Below are positions 1 through 11,169 of a stretch of DNA of 37,268 nucleotides, piece after piece. The notes below the pieces were generated by a model that was not told the origin of the DNA, did not search any database, and saw only the letters and a list, made by a program, of their open reading frames with translations. Every line of letters starts with the position of its first letter. Position 1 is the first letter of the stretch. The stretch is from Octopus bimaculoides. Lineage: Eukaryota. The translations under genes were made by a program, and so were the position numbers. Location: the NCBI RefSeq assembly GCF_001194135.2, contig NC_068981.1, positions 119,613,393 to 119,650,660 on the forward strand. Direction: 5' to 3'.

Positions 1-121
1 ATGAAAGAAAACTCCGAATGACCTGTCCTTGTTTTCTTTGTATCGTCTATCTGGATGTTTTGTTGTCCCTTTCTTGTATCATCTAACTGTCTGGATGGTT
101 TGCGTTCTTGTCCCATTTTGT

Positions 122-159
<38 letters not shown>

Positions 160-160
<1 letters not shown>

Positions 161-477
161 TTACTTGATTCAGTCATTTGACTGCGGCCATATTCTTAGT
201 AAGCTTAGTAGTATTCTGTTGGTCTCTTTTGCCGAACCGTTAAGTTACGGGGACGTAAACACATCGGCTGTCAAGCGATGGTGGGAGGACAAACAGACAC
301 ACACACACAAATACACTCACATATATATTTCCGTCTACAAAATCCACTCACAAGGCTTTGGTCGGCTTGAGGACATTATAGTAGAAGACACTTGTCTAAG
401 GTGCCACGCGGTAGGACTGAACCCAGAACCATGTGGTTGGGAAGCAAGATTCTTACTACACAGGCATGCTGCGCCTA
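160..477 (-). mobile_element. tRNA-derived SINE, family 1, internally deleted copy
   Basis: Reverse complement aligns along most of its length with the + copy at 35913-36271: tRNA-like head, caaggctttggtcggc, gccgaaccg/taagttacggggacgtaaacac, and tail cagtcatttgactgcggcca. Confidence 0.85.
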
Positions 478-499
478 TATCTATCTATCTATCTGTGTG

Positions 500-645
500 T
501 GTGTGTGACTTTGAGAGTCTGTGTTTGTCCCCTACCACTGTTTAACAACCGGTGTTGGTGTGTTTACGTTCCCGTAACTTACCTGTTCGGCAAGAGACCG
601 ATAGAATAAGTACCAGGCTTAAAAAGAAAATAAGTACTGAAGTCT
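500..645 (+). mobile_element. SINE family 1, 3' half
   Basis: gtgtttgtccc...ggtgtgtttacgttcccgtaactta...gttcggcaagagaccgatagaataagtac matches the 3' half of the 35913 copy. Confidence 0.8.
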
Positions 646-2029
646 AATAACCGAAATAAGTAAAAGATTATTTCATGAAACTTTTAGAAGTGAAAATTAG
701 CCCCGAAAAGGTCTGTTAATGATCTATAAAACTGATGCCAAAGATGATTAACTGGGAAAAAAATGATTGTAGGCGTTATAACAGAGTTAAGGGATATTGG
801 CTAAAATAACTCAGGTCAATCGCTAGTAACAGTTATTTCTGATCAACATTACCAAATATGATAAATGCTATATGCCAACAGTTGTGACTTTCAAACTTAA
901 ACATTGCAGGCTCAAATTCGAGGAAGTCAATCACTGCCATCCTCCAGTATGTTAGTAATAAGACAAACGAAGGAAATTAAGGAACCAGGACAAATGCATA
1001 TTTATGTTTGTAGTGATTTAATAACGTACAACAATAGACATGCAATATGAATTAAATCTACAAATGTCGGTTAGCTGAGCAAATTGGTTGAAGTATTGTG
1101 ATAAGGAGGTAAAATAACAAAATAATGAAGACGGAGAGATTTTAAACAATGCGAAAAGGGAAACGGTTTATGTATTTCAGACACAAACACTTATATATTT
1201 CAGACACAAAGGCCTATCACCAGAAGTGATCGGAGTAAAGAAAATGGAGGAATTTTAGCTGTCTCCAATAGAGCAGTTTTCTGAGTATGTTCTACCTTCA
1301 TGTCAATTCCAAGTTCCCCAATAAAGTTTTTAACAGTGTTCCCAGTGCCCATACAATTACTAAGATGACAGTAGCTAAGAGCGATTCAAAGTCGCTTTAA
1401 TAGAGGGTAAGTTATATGTAGTAGAATAAGATAGTTTATTTCGTATGTGTATTTCGTGTGCAAGTTTCTTTAATAATCTACTTATTAAAGATATGATAAT
1501 TTATGCAGTGATAGAAAACCTTCCGTAAGAGTTTTAAGCAAATGTGGAACTTTAACATTTAATGAAAATGGAACATTGTACCAAGGAATATTTACTTTTC
1601 TGGGGGTTTTTTTCTAGTACAAAGCGTTTGGAATAGCAAATACTAGTTGAAATAGCAAAAGAATAATTATTTACTTCAGAAAATGAATTATTAAAAGGCA
1701 TACAATAAGCGTTTCTAGATTGGGAAGTATCTACTGTAATAGTACTCTTGTGTTTTTCTCCGTCACAACATATGAATTAGAAAGGAAGGGGTGATAGATG
1801 AATAGGGAAGAAAGGGGTAATAGCAAACTGGTAGTGGGTGCGTTTCAACTCTGTGTGAGTATATGTGTGTGCTTATTACAAGGGAAGTATGTGAATGTAT
1901 GTGTGAACCAGCGTTCTTTCAGTAACAAATGATGATCGATGTCACATCTCAAAAGAAACCACTAGATAACATTGACAAATGTATTAATTTGATTCACCAT
2001 CTATATTTATATATAAAATATTACAATTA

Positions 2030-2061
2030 GCCGTCATTTTGACGGCACAGGGTCAGCTAGT
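2030..2061 (+). mobile_element. Helitron 3' terminus (hairpin + CTAG|T)
   Basis: Perfect hairpin GCCGTCA-TTT-TGACGGC (2030-2046), 10-nt spacer, CTAG (2057-2060), then T: the canonical Helitron 3' end. 5' end not located. Confidence 0.7.
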
Positions 2062-3304
2062 TATGAATATTACTATTGATACTAAAAAATACTAAAGTTA
2101 TTTTTTTATCTATTTTAGTTTATAAATTAGTATTGTATGACAAATAATTATCTATTATAGATTGCATTGATTATTAATTTGCTTATTATATTAGATACTT
2201 TGATAGTATGTTGTAGATTTATAATAATATTTTTTGGTGGTACTTGTATGTTTAGTTGAAGAGCATATTCTTAGTGTTTTTATCATTCATTTTTCTCAAT
2301 ATATTACAGTTAGGATTGTAAGTGTGATAGTCAGCAATTTGTTTATAAGATACGTTATCCTTTAGTATCTTTCATGGAGAGTGGTGTATTTAGATGCTTA
2401 GAGTTTATACTTTTATCATTGACAGTTGTATTAATATGATTAGGGATAGTAAGTTGGTTAAGTAGCATATTAAGTTTAGTAATATCAAAATTATATTCTA
2501 TTTTCAATCATATCAACATCATTATCGCATACTGGGTAATCATTATAAATTATTTCAGTTAAAATGCTTGGGATCCTTATTGACATGTTTCTAAATAAAC
2601 TATTCACGCAATATGGGCACCGGAAATCCAATATCATGTGATTTCAATATACCGGACATCATCAGTAAGAGACGTCCGGTCGCTGCATACTAAGCAAATC
2701 TCGCTGCTACAATATATAGAAATATCAGCATCTTTTTCGCATCTTTTCAGACACTGATATCGCAAATAGCCAGTAGACTAAAATCACGTGGTATGGGAGC
2801 TCTGGCGCCCATAACAGATTATTCTAATTTATGTTTGAGCTTTTATGCGTCAAACGCCTATTTGAGAGGTTCACTCAAAGTTGATAATGCAGTATTCGAT
2901 ATTCTAATACGATATCCACCTTAAGTTTGACAAAGATTGCCGTTTGGTACTAATACTGCTTCCGTCGCTTACATACATACATACATACGTATTTATATGG
3001 AAGTGTGTGTGTATTTATTTGCTACTTTTAACTTTATTATCTTGCTTCTCACATTACATGTACATCATAGAACTTCTAACTAATTGGTGTTATATAAATG
3101 AGAGTTACTGTTTGCTCAACTTGGTTTTTCGTTAGCATCAAATTTAACACGATAACCATATCATCGTTTTTTTCTGGTGTTACAAACATCAAAGACAAGT
3201 TAAACATCTTTAGCTTAAGAATTGCCATCAATGTGGCTTTCCAAATAGGTTTTGCAACATATATTCTTTCATTTTACTGAAAGCTAAATGAAGCAATTTA
3301 TGGC

Positions 3305-3445
3305 TAGTAGGCGGCGAAATAGAAGTGTCGATAAATCTTGGACAGAATGGCATGTAGTGTTTATCGATGTTTTCTGTCTTCTGAGTCGAAATCCTACCGA
3401 AGTCAACCTTGCCTTTCATCATTACAAGGATGATAAATAAAGTTT
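3305..3445 (+). mobile_element. SINE family 2, degenerate copy
   Basis: ctgagtcgaaatcctaccgaagtcaaccttgcctttcatc aligns with ctgagttcaaattccgccgaggtcgactttgcctttcatc of the copies at 6247 and 7637. Confidence 0.6.
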
Positions 3446-3761
3446 ACTAATGAACTACTGGGGGCTATTCTTTTCTCCCTGTCTCTTTGTCTTTCTGGTA
3501 AACGGGTCCATTGCGCTTTGGGAAGGGTTTGCGCTTTGGAGAGGGGTTTGACTATTTATAACATTATTTTCTCTAGTAATGGAAAAGGTTTGAACGAGAG
3601 GTTAGTAACATCTTCCAACAGAACCCCCCCTCTTTCTCACAAAGAATACAACTGATGTGGTACTGAAGCTATCCAAGGACAGCCCGATATGCTGTACAGC
3701 ATGAAACTCAGATAAAGAAAATATACAATGACTGCTGTTTATTTGTTATTGTTTTTATTAC

Positions 3762-3830
3762 TCTTTCACTTTTACATTCTTTTACCTGTTTCAGTTTGCG
3801 AGTTGTGGCCATGTTGGAACACCGTGATTT
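3762..3830 (-). mobile_element. SINE family 1 3' tail abutting U6
   Basis: gtttcagtttgcgagttgtggccatgttggaacaccg aligns with gtttcagtcatttgactgcggccatgctggaccaccg at 28355-28391 and ends in a (TAAAAG)-like simple tail on the - strand. Confidence 0.75.
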
Positions 3831-3934
3831 AAAAATATGGAACGCTTCACGACTTTGCGTGTCATCCTTGTGCGGAGGCCATGCTAATCTTTTCTTTAGT
3901 GTTCCAATTTTAGTACATGTTATCAATCGAGCAG
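3831..3934 (-). pseudogene. U6: U6 snRNA variant or pseudogene, essentially full length
   Basis: Minus strand reads ...acatgtactaaaattggaacactaaagaaaagattagcatggcctccgcacaaggatgacacgcaaagtcgtgaagcgttccatattttt, collinear with metazoan U6. ACAGAGA box reads AAAGAAA, 5' stem-loop is damaged, AGC triad and 3' oligo-T are retained. Confidence 0.92.
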
Positions 3935-4345
3935 ATCTCGGATTAATGACATTCTAGTTATAACCATCCCGTCTCTTTTAGCATACTTAGGATTACATTA
4001 TCTAATGTATCTTGCTCCCTTTCACGACAGTGGCGTACGATTTGAGAACAATTCGGCAACTATTTCGTGCAAATCAAGCAATCACGTAGATTTTAGCTCT
4101 CGTTGTTGTGAGCTGTATTTTAATGTTAACACACATATGTATCAACTAAGCACACGACAAGTGTAATTGATACAGAGTTCTTGTTCGCGAATTTTGTCTT
4201 GTAGTGCCATGAAATTTTGACTTGCATATCCCGTGTAAATTTAGACAGGTTGTGGTGAGCTAATTGCTGATGTTTCTTTGCTATTATTAACTAACGCGAA
4301 ATTTCAGGCCTTGTGCCTATAATAGAAAGGATTATTAACCAACGC

Positions 4346-4545
4346 GAAAGCGGCGGGTTGGCAGAATCGTTAGCGCGCCGGGAAAATGCTTAGCGGCATT
4401 TCGTCCGTCCCTATGTTCAAATTCTGTCGAGATCGACTTTGCCTTTCATCCTTTCAGGGTTTATGAAATAAATACCAGTTGAACTCTGGGGTCGATGCAA
4501 CCCCTCCCCAAACCTGCTGGCCTTGTGCCAAAATTTGAAACCGAT
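4346..4545 (+). mobile_element. SINE family 2 with 15-bp target-site duplication
   Basis: A-box-like tggcagaatcg and B-box-like gttcaaattc; flanked by attattaaccaacgc (4331-4345) and attattaaccagcgc (4546-4560). Confidence 0.85.
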
Positions 4546-4629
4546 ATTATTAACCAGCGCTATTCTTTACCTTCTGAATTCAAATCTTCCATCAACTTTA
4601 CTTTCAACCTTTCGGAACTGAACAAAATA

Positions 4630-4702
4630 TATGTCAAGTATTGGAGTCGATGCAATCGACTTGCCCCCTCCCCTCAGAATTACTAACCTTATCCAAAATT
4701 TG
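4630..4702 (+). mobile_element. SINE family 2, 3' fragment
   Basis: gtcgatgcaatcgacttgcccc...ccaaaatttgaa is shared with the other family-2 tails. Confidence 0.65.
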
Positions 4703-5392
4703 AAGGAAAGAATTTTCTACCAACACTGCAACCATCCCCGATATTTTAATTATTTCCAGTTTAAAACGTTTGAATTAGCAGTTTTTTTTTAGCTCTATTG
4801 ACAAATATTTTTCTACCCGTACATTTAATACTCACAACTATAAAACAAAACCAACAACAGAAAAACCTAATAATTCACAAGCACAACAGTCACAGCATAA
4901 GCAACTGAAAAAAACAACTGCTAAACTTGCAGCACGAGGGAAACTCACAAAAAAAATTATCACAGTTAATATGTAAAAAAAAAAAAACAAATGCAAAAAT
5001 GACAATAGAAGCGATACCAACAGCCGAACATACACAAAACAACTCTACTTCGCAACGTTACTGGTGTAAATACAAATGAGTTGGTGGAGTATATAACAAA
5101 AAGGAAAAATATAAATAAAGCGAGAGGGCTCAAGGAAGTTCTGCCCTAAAATACCAGCATGCCCCCTACTGAAAGCGTTACCAGAAGTATACATGACCCT
5201 GAATCATATTCCCAGAAACGTGGAAATTTTCTGTAACAGAGTAGACAACAGCGTTCAAGGAGTAGCTTTTCAAGGTCATTCTAATCAAGAAAATTCGAGT
5301 ATCCCCTCTTCGAGACCAAAAGAGATGACTTCTCGTACCTTTTCTGTGCCCAACAAAGGCCATACTAAGTGGGTTCTCTAAATGCGCGTGAC

Positions 5393-5451
5393 CTGTCATC
5401 ATGGAACATGGTAAAGGGTTCTGAACATTTTACCATGTTCCATGATGACAG
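5393..5451. repeat. Perfect 23-bp inverted repeat with 13-nt loop
   Basis: ctgtcatcatggaacatggtaaa (5393-5415) is the exact reverse complement of tttaccatgttccatgatgacag (5429-5451). Confidence 0.95.
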
Positions 5452-6246
5452 TGAGAAAATAGGAGGAATTCAAACTACAAAAATTATTTTCAGATAGGCA
5501 CTAGGCGTAGAATACCATAGCGAGTTGCTGGTAGGAAAGAATATCGAATCCGTGTACCTGGCTCTCTTTCTGATGTTGACCTCGTCGCATCTTATGGAAA
5601 AAGAGAGAAATTCATTTGGAATTCACTCTTAAGTAGGTGATATTGCTTCTAACGTCCTCCTGTGTGTGGTTTAGCAGTTACGCCTTGTATGCTAGTAAAG
5701 GGGGAGCTAATCAATGCTTGCTTGGAATGTTCTAGAACATTCGACAGGGGAGATAACTGTAGTTGACTCCGAACGAATATTTTTGCGGGCTACGAACCTG
5801 TTTCAAAAAACGTTGCCGATATTACCCTCCTGCGGACCGAAAGGAAAGAAAGTAAGATTAGCGAAATATAAAGAATTGCGTCATAAAGTAAAAAAAATAC
5901 TTACCTGGAAGGAAATGAGGATGGCTGAAAAGATACTGTAAATATATTCCATTTGAGAGCCCTTTGCAGTATGTAAGGGCATGATCAAAAAATGTAGTCC
6001 AAGCAGGGGTATTAAGAATAGGATGGCACGTATACTGCGCCTGCAGAGAAATAACCTTTTGTTAGTTTTTTTTCCATCACAGAAACAGTTTACATGTCAT
6101 AATGAAAAACAACAGACATAGAATAATGAGGGCTTCTCTATATGGTTGTTCTATCGACTAGAAAAAGCAACTAAATCTCTCTAAAACCACACCATACTGC
6201 TTTAAAAAAGAAAAGACATTCGATAACGTGAGATACTTTCTTAAGG

Positions 6247-6863
6247 TAGCGAGCGGGAAGAATCGTTAGCACGCCGGGCGAAATGCTTAGAGGTATTTCG
6301 TCTGCCGCTACGTTCTGAGTTCAAATTCCGCCGAGGTCGACTTTGCCTTTCATCCTTTCGGGGTCGATTAAATAAGTACCAGTTACGCACTGGGGGTCGA
6401 TGTAATCGACTTAATCCGTTTGTCTGTCCTTGTTTGTCCCCTCTGTGTGTAGCCCCTTGTGGGCAGTAAAGAAATAGGTATTTCGTCTGCCGTTACGTTC
6501 TGAGTTCAAATTCCACCGAGATGGACTTTGCCTTTCATCCTTTCGAGATCGATAAATTAAGTACCAGTTACACAATGGGTCGATGTAATCGACTTAATCC
6601 CTTTGTCTGTCTTTGTTTGTCCCTTCTATGTGTAGCCACTTGTGGGTAGTAAAGAAATAAGAATCGTTACCGCGCCGGGAAAAATGCTTAGCAGCATTTC
6701 TTCTGACTTTATGATTTGAGTTCGAATGCCGCCGCGTTCGACTTTGCCTTTCATCCTTTCGGAGTTGATAAAATAAGTATCAGTTGAATACTGGGGTCGA
6801 TGCAATCGACTTACCTGCTTCCCCCGAAACTACTGATCTTGTGCCAAAATTTGAAATCGATAA
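6247..6863 (+). mobile_element. SINE family 2, tandem/nested cluster of three units
   Basis: Three successive copies of gagttc(a/g)aat...gactttgcctttcatcctttcg...gtcgatg(t/c)aatcgactta at about 6247-6477, 6478-6660 and 6661-6863. Confidence 0.9.
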
Positions 6864-7164
6864 TGTGAGATATCTTCGATAAATACTATGCCTGAAAAAG
6901 GTGAAATCGTTGTTAGTTACATGTCTGCTCGATTGAGGCTGACGAGACGCTAAGCAACAACTATAATGTCAAAGATAATGTTATGTTAAAGGTTTAGACC
7001 GATAATTTATGCTGAATACAGTATGTAAGGTTTAAGCTTAGTACAAGAGTTTCCTATTTGTGTTTCGTGTCGGGGTAAGCTGGAAACCTTTGGTGATTTT
7101 CAAAGTAGTACACGTTTCAAGTGAAGCATATTATTGCAAATAACTTGCAAATACAAGTGCTATT

Positions 7165-7365
7165 AGTTGAATCTTCTTCATTCCACTTCGATTGAATAAT
7201 GTTTCGCTTCCAAGCCAGTGTCTTCACTTTGACCGAGACATCCATACCAGCTAATATTTCGAGTCCGAGCGGCGTCCATGTAATCTTCACGGGAAACCGT
7301 CAGCTAGATTAGATTTATCATTTTCTTTTCCTCACACCAGATGACAATATTAAATTTCTTCTTAA
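7165..7365 (-). mobile_element. HERO-like RLE non-LTR retrotransposon endonuclease fragment (decayed)
   Basis: Manual translation KKFNIVIWCEEKKMINLI*LTVSREDYMDAARTRNISWYGCLGQSEDTGLEAKHYSIEVE is homologous to the fragment at 16620-16800 and to the RPD..ELTV..K..Y..EV RLE pattern. Confidence 0.75.
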
Positions 7366-7636
7366 GGAACGTCACGCAATGGCAGTAACGTTAATTACTA
7401 CGTTAGCAGAGAATGATATTTTAATGTCTAACAATGTAATATCAATATTTTCAGTTGTGTAAACTATCATAACATTATCTAGAGTATGTATCGTCCTTAC
7501 AGCTGAAATGTTGAAAGGACAATGAGTAAAGGCAATATATTTTCAGAATATATACACAATAAACAATATGAGTTTTATAAAGACCAGTGAAAATAGCTGT
7601 GATATTTGAACGATGTTAATATTAATCACTCTAACA

Positions 7637-7853
7637 GGGTGGAGAACTGGCAGAATCATTAGCACGTGTGGCAAAATGTTTAGCGGCATTTTGTCCGTCT
7701 TCACGTTCTGAGTTCAAATTCCGCCGAGGTCAACTTAGCCTTTCATCCCTTTCGGAGTCGATAAAATAAGTACCAGTCGGGTACTGAGGTCGATGTAATC
7801 GACTTACCCACTTCCTCAAATTTGTTGGCCTAGTGCCAAAATTTGAAACCAAT
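7637..7853 (+). mobile_element. SINE family 2 copy
   Basis: Same head (ctggcagaatc...gagttcaaattcc) and tail (gtgccaaaatttgaaacc) as the 4346 copy. Confidence 0.85.
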
Positions 7854-8299
7854 GTTAGCCTATCTAAACTGAACGAGTTTATAAGGGAACCCCAACGTAG
7901 TGGATCGACCTGCTAGAAATTATAGCCAAATTTTTCTCAGATTACATAGAAACACCTAAAATAATTGGACATACCGGCTTGTGTTATCCAGAGTGTAATC
8001 TACCCGAAAACAACGGACGTAATTGATTTCCACCGAAATGGTTTTACTTAATCAAATGTATGCTCGATCAGAATCGACTTGGAGCAATGTAACGACAACA
8101 GCTGCAGCAGTAGCAAGTAATATCTCGACTCTTTGTCATAAAACATAACAAAAGTAATAAGGCAATTCAAAGATCCCAGGATTCCGACAAAATTACAAAC
8201 ATGTAACATGAAAAAAAAGCAGCAAAAACTGTTATAATGTGGATCCTCGTCAATTTGTATGTTGTTGTCGGCACTGTAATATTCTTGTCGCCACTAATA

Positions 8300-8515
8300 T
8301 GTTGTGGCGGAATTCCACGTCTCCAAAAGACAATGAGTTTGAAATGCCTACCTTGACGGTAACTCGAACTCGTATATATCACGTAATTGGCGCTGATTCC
8401 AACTGAGAACTCGTACACTGACTCTACTACTACAACGACTGATTGTCTGATTTTATAGTGGCTGGTTCATACCACTTTGTCACGTGGGAAAGAGTGTACC
8501 ATTTTCATTACAACA
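8300..8515 (-). mobile_element. Gypsy LTR (TGTTGT...ACAACA)
   Basis: 216 bp with 6-bp terminal inverted repeats and an internal ctataaaa; preceded on - by a purine tract (8516-8540) and followed by a TGGCGAC PBS-like motif (~8287-8293). Confidence 0.7.
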
Positions 8516-8555
8516 TCTTCCTTTTTCTTTTTTTTTCTTTGGGAAGCAAGTAATT

Positions 8556-10130
8556 TTATTTTACTTTATTCACTCCTCCCTTTTTAGCGTTTTTTCCCAA
8601 CTGAATATTTTTCTTTTTGGCGCCTATTTGTAGGAACTCTGTGCTCTTCCTTTTTCTTCCACTTGTACGCGTGGGTTCAACAACTTGTAACTGTTTTGGT
8701 ACCTGGAATGTGTCATACAACCATTCCATATGTTCTTCCAATCTGTCTGGTTAATTTTCTGTGAATCTCTTCTTCAATTGGTTTCTGTGAATCTCTTCTT
8801 CAATTGGTTTCTGTGTCTCTTTTCAACACCTTTTCTGCTTTTAATTCCGTACATCATTTTTCCTTCTTCCCAGTATTGTTTTCTGTTTTTATACGACCTC
8901 ATGTACTCCTTATCACCAATTTTGAAAAAAAATTGGGTTGTCTTTCCTGGTACTTTTTCTTTCCTCGCCAACAAGTTCGATTTCACCTTCCTCGCAGACG
9001 TCAGTTCAGCTGCTGGGCTTCTTGCTGGTTTATTGGGATTCGGTGTCACCCTGCATACCCTTAGGAATTGCTGTAGAACGACTTCATCCGTGACTTCCTT
9101 GTTTGCTTTTTTCAAAGCTCTTTTTGAAATGTCCACAAAACGTTCTGCCTGTCCATTTGATCTGATCTGGGATGGTTAGACGCTATTGTTTTATGTTCTA
9201 CTGTGAACATTTCACAGAATTTTCTAAATTCAATGGACACAAATTGTGTTCCATTATGAGATACAATCACGTCTGGGATGTCAAACCTTGCGAATAATTC
9301 GTGCAAAAAATTTATCACCGTTGGTCTTTTGTACTTAACAATTTCCGCCATTTTGTAAAACTGTCAACTACTACTTAGTAGTAATAACCATTTAACGGAC
9401 CCGCAAAATCGATGTGTAATTTTGTCCATGGACTTTTTACTTCTGGCCAAGGCTCCCATTTTTGGGTATGCAATTTCACTGCCAGAGCATATCCTCTGTA
9501 ACCTTTTACTACGTTTTCAACTTCCTTGTCTATATTCGGCCAATACACATAACTGCGCATAAGCACTTTCATTCTTGCGATCCCCGGATGTCCAGCAAAG
9601 AATTCTTTCAACACTCTTTTTTGTAAGGTCTCAGGTATCACTACCCTTTGACCGTACATCAGTGCGCAGTCGCATGTTGAATATATGCTGACATCTTGTT
9701 TTTTCTTATCAAATTTTTATATTTTCTATCGCTAACTACAGAGTTTTTTTTTTTTGTTCATTAAAGAACTTGTCTTTTGATGCGTGCCGCTTTATCTTCT
9801 CCAGAGTTATTGGTAACTCTCGTACAATGTGTTTAATTTCTCCTTCGGCTCTTAGCGCTGCTATTACTGTGTCCTCGAATGGTTTGCCATTTCTGGGTAT
9901 TAACCTGGATAGACGTCAGCATGTCGTAGCTTTTTCGAAGGTAAATATTCCATTGCGTAGTCGTAGTTTAGTAGTATGGTGCCCCATTGCTGCAACCTGT
10001 TTGCTGTATGTACTGGGATTCCTTTCTTGGATCCATAAATCGTTAGCAACTGGCAATGGTCTGTTTGTAGTCTAAACCGTCTACCATGTATAAACATGTA
10101 GAACATTTTTATGCCACATATAATTACCAA
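8556..10130 (-). mobile_element. Gypsy pol 3' remnant: RNase H end and integrase, frameshifted
   Basis: ORF pieces GRRFRLQTDH..LLTIYGSKKGIP..ANRLQQW (RNase H), GHPGIARMKVLMRSYVYWP (integrase zinc-binding region, some ligands lost), LHIDFAGP, FARFDIPDVIVS.NGTQF and ERFVDISKRALKK (integrase core). Confidence 0.93.
8756..8815 (+). repeat. 26-bp tandem duplication (2.3 copies)
   Basis: tttctgtgaatctcttcttcaattgg at 8756-8781 and 8782-8807, plus a partial third copy. Confidence 0.95.
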
Positions 10131-10163
10131 TGCCTCTTTATTATTATTATTATTATTATTATT

Positions 10164-10496
10164 GTTCAGTAGTTTTATTTTTATAACGTGCTTTCACTTC
10201 ACTACCGAGCGCAGCTCTGTGCGCCTTGGGTATGTGCTGTGGTTTGCTGTGGTGCTTTTATGTTTACTGTATTGAAAGTGTTTTGCGTAGAATGTGTGCA
10301 GTACCCAGTAGTGCAATTTTCTGTATGTTACATATATTTGTAAGTCCTGGTATTTTTGTTATGTATTTGTCTGAGTATTTTTTAATTATACCTAAGGCAC
10401 CTACTATGATAGGAATTGTTTCTGTTTTTAGACTCCACATTCGAGTTATCTCTATTTCCAGGTCTTTGTATTTTGAAAGTTTTTCCATTTCTTTTC
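10164..10496 (-). mobile_element. R4/Dong-like RLE LINE 3' end
   Basis: EKLSKYKDLEIEITRMW..IPIIVGALG..QKIALLGTAHILRK is a typical RLE C-terminus; short 3' UTR runs into (TAA)n at ~10139-10163; 5' side runs into a gap. Confidence 0.85.
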
Positions 10497-11169
10497 NNNN
10501 NNNNNNNNNNNNNNNNNNNNNNNNNNNNNNNNNNNNNNNNNNNNNNNNNNNNNNNNNNNNNNNNNNNNNNNNNNNNNNNNNNNNNNNNNNNNNNNNNNNN
10601 NNNNNNNNNNNNNNNNNNNNNNNNNNNNNNNNNNNNNNNNNNNNNNNNNNNNNNNNNNNNNNNNNNNNNNNNNNNNNNNNNNNNNNNNNNNNNNNNNNNN
10701 NNNNNNNNNNNNNNNNNNNNNNNNNNNNNNNNNNNNNNNNNNNNNNNNNNNNNNNNNNNNNNNNNNNNNNNNNNNNNNNNNNNNNNNNNNNNNNNNNNNN
10801 NNNNNNNNNNNNNNNNNNNNNNNNNNNNNNNNNNNNNNNNNNNNNNNNNNNNNNNNNNNNNNNNNNNNNNNNNNNNNNNNNNNNNNNNNNNNNNNNNNNN
10901 NNNNNNNNNNNNNNNNNNNNNNNNNNNNNNNNNNNNNNNNNNNNNNNNNNNNNNNNNNNNNNNNNNNNNNNNNNNNNNNNNNNNNNNNNNNNNNNNNNNN
11001 NNNNNNNNNNNNNNNNNNNNNNNNNNNNNNNNNNNNNNNNNNNNNNNNNNNNNNNNNNNNNNNNNNNNNNNNNNNNNNNNNNNNNNNNNNNNNNNNNNNN
11101 NNNNNNNNNNNNNNNNNNNNNNNNNNNNNNNNNNNNNNNNNNNNNNNNNNNNNNNNNNNNNNNNNNNNN

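Noticed and set aside
2625-2690. Minus-strand CTGATGA...GAAA hammerhead-like motif
   Set aside because: Stem II lacks a closing pair and stem I does not pair.
5965-6005. Mariner-like TIR remnant (taagggcatgatcaaaaaatg)
   Set aside because: No partner TIR or transposase sequence found.
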